DNA from: Nitrososphaerota archaeon
GTDB taxonomy: Archaea; Thermoproteota; Nitrososphaeria_A; Caldarchaeales; Calditenuaceae
NCBI GenBank assembly: GCA_033581555.1
Contig: JAVQSZ010000008.1
Location: 1-47,334, forward strand
Reading direction: 5' to 3'
Length of the DNA stretch: 47,334 nucleotides
Under the pieces are notes generated by a model. The model was not told the DNA's origin and ran no database searches. It saw only the letters and a list, made by a program, of their open reading frames with translations. A program made the position numbers and the translations under genes. Shown here piece after piece: positions 9,805-18,131 of this stretch (position 1 is its first letter; each line of letters starts with the position of its first letter).

Positions 9805-10803
9805 TTGCGATCGCACTTCGCCTCCGAAGCGGCCTCATACCTCTCTCCGCGAGAACCGCGCGCTCCACGGACTCCTTCTCAGGTGGGCCCCCGAGCTATG
9901 GAACCGAGCTCGGGCGAACCTTTTTCCAGCGAGGGAGTGCGTTACGAGGCGATGACGTTCCGCGCGCTGACTCACGAGGAGGGATACAGGCTCCTGTCGG
10001 AGGGCGGTGGAACGGTTGAGGCTTTGGGAGACAGGGCATCGTATGTGATGACGCCTGTTGAAGAGGTCGTAATACTGACGGACCGGCCGCTGACGTGCTA
10101 TTCGGTCTCCTTCTTCGACGGCTGGAGGGACTTGAGGGGGATCATCGAGGAGGGTGATCGCGTCTCGGTCGAGCGATCGGCGCTGACGGTCGAAGGAAAG
10201 CTCCGGTTGCCGCTGAGGGTGCTGGGAGCTTGTCAGAGGGTATCGGGCTGCTCCGGACTGAGTCCTGAGTCCCTGAGCGCAGCGTATCGTATCTTCCGAG
10301 TGCTCGCCTCCGTCGATGAGCCAGACCCCGTCATCGAGCGGGGTGTGGAGATCCTCTCAAGCAGCACGAGCCTGATCGCGCTCCGCGAGTCTCTGAAGGA
10401 GGTTGTGGGCATGGGTAGAGGGTATACGCCGGTTGGCGACGACTTCGTCTCAGGAGTTATCATCGCCCTCAGGCTTCTTAACCGTGAACTCGACTTCTAT
10501 CCGCTGGTCGAGTACGCAAAATCTCACTCAAGGTGGCCCAGCTGGCGGATGATGGAGCACTCTCTGCACGGGTGCACGTTCTTTCCAGTAGCGCGCTTGT
10601 GTGCCTCCTTCACAAGCGGGTCGGACCCTATGCCTCACCTAACGAGAGGGTTGAGAGTTGGCAGCTCAACAGGAGTCGCCATACTGACAGGACTTCTAGA
10701 GACCCTTCACCTGTATTATAAGAGTTTATCAAGTATGTGTTTGAGTTCGTCTTCTATCTCTACAGGAGGCGTCCACTCGACGTCGACCACTTCGACTCCC
10801 TGA
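9805..10803 (+). CDS. DUF2877 protein (YlbF/AllH-like)
   Basis: VGMGRGYTPVGDDFVSG matches the DUF2877 GxGxGLTPSGDD signature, followed by GSSTG...GL. The true start is probably later (ATG 9898, GTG 9937 or ATG 9952). Confidence 0.8.
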   Translation: MRSHFASEAASYLSPREPRAPRTPSQVGPRAMEPSSGEPFSSEGVRYEAMTFRALTHEEGYRLLSEGGGTVEALGDRASYVMTPVEEVVILTDRPLTCYSVSFFDGWRDLRGIIEEGDRVSVERSALTVEGKLRLPLRVLGACQRVSGCSGLSPESLSAAYRIFRVLASVDEPDPVIERGVEILSSSTSLIALRESLKEVVGMGRGYTPVGDDFVSGVIIALRLLNRELDFYPLVEYAKSHSRWPSWRMMEHSLHGCTFFPVARLCASFTSGSDPMPHLTRGLRVGSSTGVAILTGLLETLHLYYKSLSSMCLSSSSISTGGVHSTSTTSTP

Positions 10804-10871
10804 TCCCTGAGGCTATCGGAGAAAATCGATATACCGAGGCATAATACTTTTTTGACCTCATTCAGAGTCAT
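10716..10871 (-). CDS. 51-aa stand-alone FdrA C-terminal domain protein (not in the ORF track)
   Basis: Manual translation MTLNEVKKVLCLGISIFSDSLRDQGVEVVDVEWTPPVEIEDELKHILDKLL*; ATG overlaps the fdrA stop (ATGA). Resembles the FdrA C-terminus (roughly VINIGL.SF...L..QG..VV...W.PP). Confidence 0.85.
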   Translation of the reverse strand: MTLNEVKKVLCLGISIFSDSLRDQGVEVVDVEWTPPVEIEDELKHILDKLL

Positions 10872-12415
10872 GACACCTCACCCAATATGAAACTCTCGAA
10901 TAGATGATCTAACACCGACGCATCCTCCTTCGCGCAAGCGGCGGTGAATGCCGCAGCCATCGCGTTGGAGCTAGCGAGTATGAGAGGGTACTTCGCGAGC
11001 ATCGACGTCTGAGCCCACTGAGGATCCTCGCTGGTGCCGACGATCCTGATCGCAACCCTCTTACTCGCGTTGGCCTCCAACGCAGGCCCTATCTCCCCTA
11101 AGGTCCTAGAGGTTACGTCTTTCGGAGCTCCGTACCCGATGATTAAGTCAAGCGCGATCGATCCGGTCTCAGGCGACATCAGCTCCTGAGCTATCCGCCT
11201 GTTCCTCAGCGAGGGATCTATTATGGGATGAACCCTGCCAACGGTGAACTCCTCCGACCCGTAATCGACCACAGTTGCCCCCTTCGAGCGCAACGGGTCG
11301 TCGAGCTTTCTGGTCCAAGGCAGTCCTAGATTCGAGTGTACCTCGATTCCCGCCTCGTTCCACAGGAAGGCCGTCTCAGTCGCGAGCGTCCCGCCGCAAA
11401 AGAACCCACGAGGATATCTACCTCCGTCGACCTTCAGTTTGAGCGAGTCCACTTCCTTCTCAAGGGCTGAGAGGGCTCTGATGTAGATTTGAGGCGAAAT
11501 AAGAGAACAGGCTTTCAGCGCTGCTGCGTGTAAGGTTGAGAGCTGTGGATGATCGCTGATCTTCTCTTTATGTCCGAGCAGACATAGCAATAAGGGCTTG
11601 TTGATCCTTATATCTTCTAGAATTCGTCTCACAAGTTCCGCGTCTGACTGCTTAGCTAACAGCGCGACGACCTTCGTGTTCTTGTCCCTGTCCAGGAGCA
11701 TCAACGATTCACGCGTCATCAATCCGCCTACGTCTCTGGTCATGTCGCGTCCTCCCACACCGATCGCGTGGGAGATGCCCACGCCTAAGTCGTGCAGTAT
11801 GACCGACAGCTCCTGAATGCCCGAACCGGACGATGCGACGACTCCCACTGGCCCCCTGATGACCCTGTTTGCGAACCCGAAACCCACGCCCTCGATTATT
11901 GACGTCCCGGCTTCCGGCCCCATCACGAGGAGGTTCCTCGCGGCGGCCTCGCGCTTCATGGCCACCTCTACTTCTATCGGGACGTGGTCGCTGAAGACGA
12001 AGAGGTTGACTCCCTTCTCGAGGAGCTTGAACGCGACGTCCTTCACGTGATGTCCGGGGATCGATATCGACGCCATCCTTATGTCCGGGTTCTCGCGCAG
12101 GGCGTCTTCTACGCTCAGGTATCTGGCGGTTCGGGGCTTCACCTGGAACAGGACCTCTCTGGCGCTCTTCAGAACGTCCTCTGTTAGCCCGACTCCCTTG
12201 AGCGCAATCAGTATGTCGTTTGGCCCTGCACGGTCGCCCTCCGGCGTTAAGATCCCCTGCGACCTCAGGAGGTCCTTGTTGGCTTTGGTGGCCATGACGA
12301 CAGCGACCTCGATCACCCCTGGCAGCCTCTTGATCGCCTCTGAGGCCTCCATCAGCTGCACCGAATCCCGGTAGAGGCCCCGCACCACCAAGTTGATTAC
12401 ATCGACTGAACCCAC
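10868..12415 (-). CDS. fdrA: FdrA-family (AllF-like) protein with succinyl-CoA-synthetase-like fold, lacking its last domain
   Basis: YRDSVQLM, MATKANK, FVFSDHV, LVMGPEAGT, GISHAIGVGGRD, FCGGTLA, EFTVGRVHPIIDP, LDLIIGYG. Start placed at GTG 12415; the ORF track gives 12439. Confidence 0.9.
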   Translation of the reverse strand: MGSVDVINLVVRGLYRDSVQLMEASEAIKRLPGVIEVAVVMATKANKDLLRSQGILTPEGDRAGPNDILIALKGVGLTEDVLKSAREVLFQVKPRTARYLSVEDALRENPDIRMASISIPGHHVKDVAFKLLEKGVNLFVFSDHVPIEVEVAMKREAAARNLLVMGPEAGTSIIEGVGFGFANRVIRGPVGVVASSGSGIQELSVILHDLGVGISHAIGVGGRDMTRDVGGLMTRESLMLLDRDKNTKVVALLAKQSDAELVRRILEDIRINKPLLLCLLGHKEKISDHPQLSTLHAAALKACSLISPQIYIRALSALEKEVDSLKLKVDGGRYPRGFFCGGTLATETAFLWNEAGIEVHSNLGLPWTRKLDDPLRSKGATVVDYGSEEFTVGRVHPIIDPSLRNRRIAQELMSPETGSIALDLIIGYGAPKDVTSRTLGEIGPALEANASKRVAIRIVGTSEDPQWAQTSMLAKYPLILASSNAMAAAFTAACAKEDASVLDHLFESFILGEVS

Positions 12416-12435
12416 GTCAGTCGCGCTCTGGAGGT

Positions 12436-12451
12436 GCAATATTTATATTAG
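12436..12451. promoter_or_regulatory. Compact bidirectional TATA-like element between fdrA and the cyclase gene
   Basis: CAATATTTATATTAG lies about 25-35 nt from both proposed divergent starts (12415 and 12478). Confidence 0.55.
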
Positions 12452-12477
12452 TGTCCCGAGGCGTGATGATCGCGACC

Positions 12478-13275
12478 ATGTCTGCCGTCGTAGATTTATC
12501 AAAGGTGAAAATATATGACTTGTCCCAGCCGACCAGCGCCAGAGCTCCGCCGTTCATGTATTACCCTCCGTTCAAATGGACGTGGATCAAGAGGCTTGGC
12601 GAGCATGGCGTCAACGCGATGTACATCGAGGGGCCGCTTCACACGGGCACACACTTCGACGGCCAGCTGCACTTCATGACCGGAGGGAAGGACATAGCCA
12701 GCATCGACGTCAGCTACTTCATCGGTGAGGGGGTCATAATCGACATCAGCAAGCACGTCGGCGACTACGACATCTATACTAGCGACGTGATCGAAGAAGC
12801 GGCGAGGGAGGCGGGCCTTCAGATAAAGCCCGACGACATACTCCTCATCTACACGGGTTACAGCCGCTACGCATGGTGCGGCCCGGAGCCCGACGAGGTG
12901 CGGTACATGTGCAAGCACCCGGGTCCGGACATCAGGTTCGCGAGGTGGTGCATAGAGAAGAGGATCAGGTGGCTCGGCGTCGACGCGATGTCACAGGACC
13001 ATCCGCTGAACACCGTTGTCAGGAGGGCGAGGCCCGACCTGGTGGCTGAGGCTGAGAGGAAGTGGGGCAAGAAGATCGACGAGGTGTTGCCCTGGCCCGA
13101 GAACTACCAGGTGATGCACGTCATGCTCTTCCCGAGGATGATTCTTCACGTCGAGAACCTGGGCGGGGAGATCGAGAAGGTCGCCAACAGGAGGTGCCTG
13201 ATCATAGCGCTGCCGTTCAAGTTCGAGGGGGGAGAGAGCGCGTACTGCCGAGTGGTGGCCCTCACCGCTGAATGA
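12478..13275 (+). CDS. Cyclase-family (kynurenine formamidase/isatin hydrolase-like) metal-dependent amidohydrolase
   Basis: HTGTHFD metal motif, LLIYTG, HPG, GVDAMSQDHP, HVENL, ALPFKFEGGESAYCRVVA. Confidence 0.92.
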   Translation: MSAVVDLSKVKIYDLSQPTSARAPPFMYYPPFKWTWIKRLGEHGVNAMYIEGPLHTGTHFDGQLHFMTGGKDIASIDVSYFIGEGVIIDISKHVGDYDIYTSDVIEEAAREAGLQIKPDDILLIYTGYSRYAWCGPEPDEVRYMCKHPGPDIRFARWCIEKRIRWLGVDAMSQDHPLNTVVRRARPDLVAEAERKWGKKIDEVLPWPENYQVMHVMLFPRMILHVENLGGEIEKVANRRCLIIALPFKFEGGESAYCRVVALTAE

Positions 13276-13281
13276 GCGGGC

Positions 13282-14544
13282 ATGGAGGCGCTCAAAGAGG
13301 AGATCGAGAAGGCGAACAACAAGTGCCTCGACCTGATGATGGAGGCGAGGCCCCTTCTCGTGGACGTCGTAGAGGCGCGGAAGGTCATACCATTCCTCGC
13401 GAAGGAAAACTGCCTCACGCACGCGGGACCGCCGATCGACTGGGAGAGGGCCAGTGGTCCCCTGAGGGGTGCGATAATCGGGGCCGCGATCTACGAAGGA
13501 TGGGCCGAGAACGAGGAGGAGGCGACCAGGCTCGCGGAGAGGGGTGAGATAGTCCTCGAGCCCAACCACCACCACTCGGCGGTCGGTCCGATGGCTGGCG
13601 TCATATCCCCGTCGATGAAGGTCTTCGTGGTCAGGGATAGCGACCTGAGGACTTACAGTAACCTCAACGAGGGACTTGGGAAGGTCCTGAGATACGGCGC
13701 CTACTCCCCCGACGTGTTAGAACGCCTCCGGTTCCTGAACGAGGTCGTCGGCTCGGTTCTCTCGGAAGCGGTGAAGGAGCACGTCCGCGATAAGGGGGGT
13801 ATAGACTTGAAGAACATAATGGCTCAGGCGGTCCACATGGGCGACGAGTGTCACAACCGGAACGTCGCGTCAACGTCTCTGTTCTACAGAGAGATTTCGC
13901 CCTATGTTATCGACGTGACTGATAGAGAGACGGCCAAAACGGTGCTCAGGACGATAGACTCCAACATCTTGTTCTTCCTGAACATGGCGATGGCGGCCTG
14001 TAAGCTGATGGCTGATAGGGCCCACGGCGTCAGGCACAGCACGATCGTGACCGCGATTGCGAGGAACGGCACGGACATCGGCATCAGGGTGAGTGGGCTC
14101 GGGGACCGGTGGTTCACGGCTCCGGCGACTGTACCGAAGGGGCTGTACTTCCCCGGATTCGGGGAGTCTGACGCTAACCCCGACATAGGCGACAGCACGA
14201 TAACCGAGACCGTCGGACTCGGTGCGGCTGCTCTCGCAGCTAGCCCGGCGATCGTGAAGTTCATCGGCGGGGACGCGAAGACAGCGATCGAGATCACCGA
14301 CAGGATGGCGAAGATCTGTCACGGCAGGCACCGTTACTTCACGATCCCCTACCTCGAGTTCGAGGGTACCCCCACTGGCATAGACATCAGGAGGGTGCTG
14401 CGACTCGGTCTTCCGCCCGTTGCCGACACGGGCATAGCGCACAGGGAGGCAGGGGTGGGGCAGATAGGCGCAGGGATCGTCGAGCTGCCGATCGAGCCCT
14501 TCAAACAGGCCTTGAGGAAGTACGCCGAGGTCTACGGGGTTTGA
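13282..14544 (+). CDS. DUF1116 protein (YlbE/AllG-like)
   Basis: HAGPPI, AVGPMAGVISPSM, LNEGLGKVLRYGA, MGDECHNRN, ARNGTDIGIRVSG, PDIGDSTITETVG, GIAHREAGVGQIGAG. Confidence 0.93.
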   Translation: MEALKEEIEKANNKCLDLMMEARPLLVDVVEARKVIPFLAKENCLTHAGPPIDWERASGPLRGAIIGAAIYEGWAENEEEATRLAERGEIVLEPNHHHSAVGPMAGVISPSMKVFVVRDSDLRTYSNLNEGLGKVLRYGAYSPDVLERLRFLNEVVGSVLSEAVKEHVRDKGGIDLKNIMAQAVHMGDECHNRNVASTSLFYREISPYVIDVTDRETAKTVLRTIDSNILFFLNMAMAACKLMADRAHGVRHSTIVTAIARNGTDIGIRVSGLGDRWFTAPATVPKGLYFPGFGESDANPDIGDSTITETVGLGAAALAASPAIVKFIGGDAKTAIEITDRMAKICHGRHRYFTIPYLEFEGTPTGIDIRRVLRLGLPPVADTGIAHREAGVGQIGAGIVELPIEPFKQALRKYAEVYGV

Positions 14545-14631
14545 ACGCAGCAACTCCGTGCGGCGACCCGCGACCGCCCTTCGGACTCTTCGCCAATCGC
14601 TCGGCGCCTCGCGACGTGATAGATCGCTCGA

Positions 14632-14719
14632 TGGACCGGGCGGGATTCGAACCCGCGACCTCCCGCAATTTGGAATGCCGTCTCGCCAAGCGGGCGATCT
14701 ACCACTGATCTACCGGCCC
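14632..14719 (-). tRNA. tRNA-Ala(GGC) with 16-nt canonical 37/38 intron (14668-14683)
   Basis: Minus strand reads GGGCCGG TA GATC AGTGGTA GATC G CCCGC TT GGC G [AGACGGCATTCCAAAT] T GCGGG AGGTC GCGGG TTCGAAT CCCGC CCGGTCC A. G3:U70 alanine determinant; TTGG/CCAA BHB helix; CCA not encoded. Confidence 0.95.
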
Positions 14720-14793
14720 GCCATCATTTAACATCAGAGCAGAATTTTAGCCTCGCTCTCCGATAGCCTATAAACTCGGTCTATTGGGTGGGC

Positions 14794-15603
14794 TCAGACC
14801 CGAGAGAGAAGCCTGAGGAGTTCTCCTGCTCGCCTCTCACATTCCGAGAGGTCCTCGTTGAGGGCCCACACCCAGTAGAGCTGGAAGACGCCCAAGGTGA
14901 TCAGCGTCAGGAGGGCGTAGAGCAACGTGCTCCTCTTCCCGATCCTTCTCCTCTTGACTGAGTCGCTGACGGGCACTAACCTCGAGACCGACTCGAAGCT
15001 GAAGCTCACTGACCGGTCGAGGACGCCGAGGAGCCCGTTCAGCGAGTGAAGGGCGTAGAGCAGCAAGACCACGTGGAGGAGGGCGATGACCAAACCGACC
15101 GTTCCCAGCGCCATGATCAGCGAGAGCTCCTCGACGGCCGCGAGGGGGTCCGCCGCGACCTCCAGAGCGAGCGAGGAGACGACCGTCGATAGCGGTGCAG
15201 ACGCGACGAGGAGCGCCCCAGCGACGACCAGAAGGGGCCACGGGTTCTGGAGGACGGAAGGGTTAGCCAGCTCGTCCGAGACCCTTTCGAGGCTTCCGGC
15301 GACCAGCGCCCGAGTCGCATCTCCCGACGACTTGAGCTCGACCGACTTCCCGCGCAGCGCGTCGACCAACTGAGCCGCCGTGGACCTCGCCTCGGACCTC
15401 ATTACGCCGAGGAAGTAGACCGTCATCAGGCCCCAGAGGAGACCGATAGAGGTCGAGGCGACCGACAACCCGAATACGGTGGGAGGGGGGTCCTCACCTG
15501 TGAGGCCGGCCGAGAGCTGAACCAGAACCCATGGAACTGAGATCGTGCCCCCCACGAACCAGACCAGCACCCAGACGACCATCAACGGCCTTGGGACCGC
15601 CAT
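14794..15603 (-). CDS. Membrane protein with C-terminal DUF4234-like domain
   Basis: Several hydrophobic helices; LLTLITLGVFQLYWVWALNEDL resembles the DUF4234 motif; overlaps the sppA 3' end. Confidence 0.65.
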   Translation of the reverse strand: MAVPRPLMVVWVLVWFVGGTISVPWVLVQLSAGLTGEDPPPTVFGLSVASTSIGLLWGLMTVYFLGVMRSEARSTAAQLVDALRGKSVELKSSGDATRALVAGSLERVSDELANPSVLQNPWPLLVVAGALLVASAPLSTVVSSLALEVAADPLAAVEELSLIMALGTVGLVIALLHVVLLLYALHSLNGLLGVLDRSVSFSFESVSRLVPVSDSVKRRRIGKRSTLLYALLTLITLGVFQLYWVWALNEDLSECERRAGELLRLLSRV

Positions 15604-16577
15604 ATCCGTATCTCCTCCGAGAACAGGAAGTGCGCCACGTGTGAGGGCTCGATGTACAGGACCTTCATGCCACCCGGAGAGAGCGGCTCCCCTCCAGCCG
15701 GGATCGGTATCGGGAGACGAAACGCGGTACCGGTGGCCACCCTCAGCTCCCTCACCGGGGCGTCCCTGGGAAGCCCCGCGAGTTCCCTCGCCCTCGAGAC
15801 GGCGTCCTCGTAGGTCCCGACCTCGTCGATGAGCCCGGCGTTCAGGGCCTCCAGTCCCAAGAAGACCTTCGCGCTGAAGACGTCCCGCTCGTAGGCCGGG
15901 TTGAGTTTGTCTCTGGTCTTCCTCACCACTTCCGCGAACTGCCTGAAGGCCGCGTCCACGAGCTCCCGCAGGAACCTGACATCGGTCTCGGTGATCTCCC
16001 GGAGGCTGTTCCCGACGTCTTTGTACTCGCCGCTCTTGACGGTGACGACGTCTATCCCCAAGGTGTCCAGAAGCCCCTTGAAGCTCACCAGCGTTCCGAC
16101 CGCTCCGACCGAGCCGACCATAGATGCGGGGTTGACGACGATGTGGTCCGCGGCCAACGAGATGTAGTAACCGCCCGAGGCCGCGAGCCCGCCGACGTAA
16201 ACGACGACCGGTGTTCTGGTCTCGCGCCTGAAGTTCAGTATCCTGACGTAGATCTCATGGGTGGCGGCCACATCTCCTCCGGGGCTCTCCACCGTGAAGA
16301 CCAGCGCCCTGCAACCCTCTGACCTGGCCCTCTCGAGGACCTTCCTGACGAGCTCCGGTGTGATGGAGTCGGACCCCGTGAGCAGCGACGGCTCCGCCAC
16401 GGTCACTATCGGGCCCTTCAGCGCGTAGGTGCAGACCGATTGGGGCTGGAAGAGGGCGACGGACGTCCTCGGGAACTGCGTGAGGCCGAAGATCAGGCCG
16501 AAGAGGGCGCTCACCAGCAATATAATCGCGAGCGGCAGAAGATGCCTCCTCAGACCCGAACCGAGCTTCATCGTCAT
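15582..16577 (-). CDS. sppA: Signal peptide peptidase SppA (S49)
   Basis: N-terminal TM helix, VESPGG, AASGGYYIS, VGSVG, KSGEYKD, GLIDEVG. Confidence 0.93.
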   Translation of the reverse strand: MTMKLGSGLRRHLLPLAIILLVSALFGLIFGLTQFPRTSVALFQPQSVCTYALKGPIVTVAEPSLLTGSDSITPELVRKVLERARSEGCRALVFTVESPGGDVAATHEIYVRILNFRRETRTPVVVYVGGLAASGGYYISLAADHIVVNPASMVGSVGAVGTLVSFKGLLDTLGIDVVTVKSGEYKDVGNSLREITETDVRFLRELVDAAFRQFAEVVRKTRDKLNPAYERDVFSAKVFLGLEALNAGLIDEVGTYEDAVSRARELAGLPRDAPVRELRVATGTAFRLPIPIPAGGEPLSPGGMKVLYIEPSHVAHFLFSEEIRIWRSQGR

Positions 16578-16682
16578 CCGGATCCTCCCGGATCTATTAA
16601 CAGTTGAGCCGTTCTCTGGGCCACGAGCCGACGTCTCAGCCCCCGAGCGATTTACTTATCCGGCCGGAATCCAGCGACGGTC

Positions 16683-17393
16683 GTGAAGGGGTGGTCCTTT
16701 CCCGTCGTGGTCCTGAACTTCAAGGCGTACAGGGAGGCGGTGGGAAGCGGTGCGGAGAGGCTCGGGTACGTCGCGGAGACCGTCTCGAGGGAGCTCGGGG
16801 TCACCATCGCGGTCGCGGTCCAGCCGACCGACGTCTACAGGCTCTCCGGCAGGCTCGAGATACCCGTCCTGGGGCAGCACGTCGATCCCCACGAGGAGGG
16901 GAGCTGGACGGGGCACGTGACCGCGTTCGCGCTGAGGGAGGCGGGAGCAGCGGGGAGCCTCCTGAACCACTCCGAGAGGAGGATAGGGCTCTCCGAGGTC
17001 GCGGCCGCGGTCGAGCTCCTGAGGAAGGAGGGGCTGAAGTCGATCGTCTGCGCCGACACGCCGCTGACCAGCAGGGCCGCGGGCGCTCTGAGGCCGGACA
17101 TGGTCGCGGTCGAGCCTCCGGAGCTGATAGGGACAGGGATATCGGTCTCGAGGACCAGGCCGGAGGTCGTCACCGACGCGGTGAGGATGCTGGCCTCTGT
17201 CGAGCCGAAGGTCCCGCTCCTCTGCGGCGCGGGCATCTCTACCCCTGAGGACGTCTACAGGGCGATCGAGTTGGGAACGGTGGGCGTGCTGGTCTCGTCG
17301 GCGTTCGTGAAGTCCAAGGACCCCCAGCAGACCCTCACGGGCTTCTGCGAGGCGGCGCTGAAGGCATTCGAGCGGAGGGTCAATAGACTTTGA
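16683..17393 (+). CDS. tpiA: Triosephosphate isomerase (archaeal type)
   Basis: VLNFKAY, QHVD, LLNHSER, AVEPPELIG, CGAGIS. Confidence 0.97.
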   Translation: MKGWSFPVVVLNFKAYREAVGSGAERLGYVAETVSRELGVTIAVAVQPTDVYRLSGRLEIPVLGQHVDPHEEGSWTGHVTAFALREAGAAGSLLNHSERRIGLSEVAAAVELLRKEGLKSIVCADTPLTSRAAGALRPDMVAVEPPELIGTGISVSRTRPEVVTDAVRMLASVEPKVPLLCGAGISTPEDVYRAIELGTVGVLVSSAFVKSKDPQQTLTGFCEAALKAFERRVNRL

Positions 17394-18024
17394 TCGCGAC
17401 CAGCTGAACAGGGACGTAGGAGTCGCTCGGGACCACCGCTGCTACCCTCTCCTCCACCTCGACCTCCACCTCCTGAATCGCGCCCGGGACGAGCGACTGC
17501 CCGAAGTATCCGAAGTCCTCCCTGTAGGGAGCGAGCCTGACGGGAGAACCGTCGGAGAGGTACGCGAGGACGACCGGAGAGGAGGCGAAGGCGCGTGCCG
17601 CTTCGGGGACCGCGACGAGGGCCTCGATCTTCGTCCCGTTCTCGCCCACGGTCAGTCTCACCTCCTCGAGCCTGACCCTCTTGATCTCGAAGGTCATCTC
17701 GACGGTCAGGTCCCTCTCGACGCGGACCTCCAGCACCACGACCGCGAACCTCGAGTCCGGAAGCTTCACGTATGAGCTGTAACGCCCGGGGGCCGCGCTG
17801 AACCTGAACGTCCCGTCTCCGCCGGTCATCCCCTTCTCTAGCCCCAGGGCCACGAGCGCGCCCTCAACGGGCCTCGGTCGGCCGTCCTCCGACATCAGGA
17901 CCCTGAAGGTCACCTCACGGGCCAGCGAGAGGCCAAAGCCCTCGCTGACGCTCCCCGACGAGCTGAAGGCGGTCAGGAGGAGGATCAGCGCCGCGCCGAT
18001 CGCGGCCACCCCGGCCCACCTCAT
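17380..18024 (-). CDS. Exported/membrane-anchored hypothetical protein with a carboxypeptidase-regulatory-like beta-sandwich
   Basis: N-terminal hydrophobic signal; DGRPRPVEGALV...TGGDGTFRF...PGRY pattern. Confidence 0.6.
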   Translation of the reverse strand: MRWAGVAAIGAALILLLTAFSSSGSVSEGFGLSLAREVTFRVLMSEDGRPRPVEGALVALGLEKGMTGGDGTFRFSAAPGRYSSYVKLPDSRFAVVVLEVRVERDLTVEMTFEIKRVRLEEVRLTVGENGTKIEALVAVPEAARAFASSPVVLAYLSDGSPVRLAPYREDFGYFGQSLVPGAIQEVEVEVEERVAAVVPSDSYVPVQLVAIKVY

Positions 18025-18131
18025 ACCCCAGTCGGACTCGGGGCTCAGCCATTAACGTGACTCAACGGTCACCCCCGGACGGTCTAGCCTCCATGGAAAC
18101 TCAAATCTCTGGGCGGTGGGGTGGGTCCGTG

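Noticed and set aside
2356-14660. CCCGCGACC shared by the tRNA (~14652), the spacer at ~14567 and the left island edge (~2356) as possible att remnants
   Set aside because: Only 9-10 nt of GC-rich sequence, not the tRNA 3' terminus, and there is no integrase; compatible with chance.
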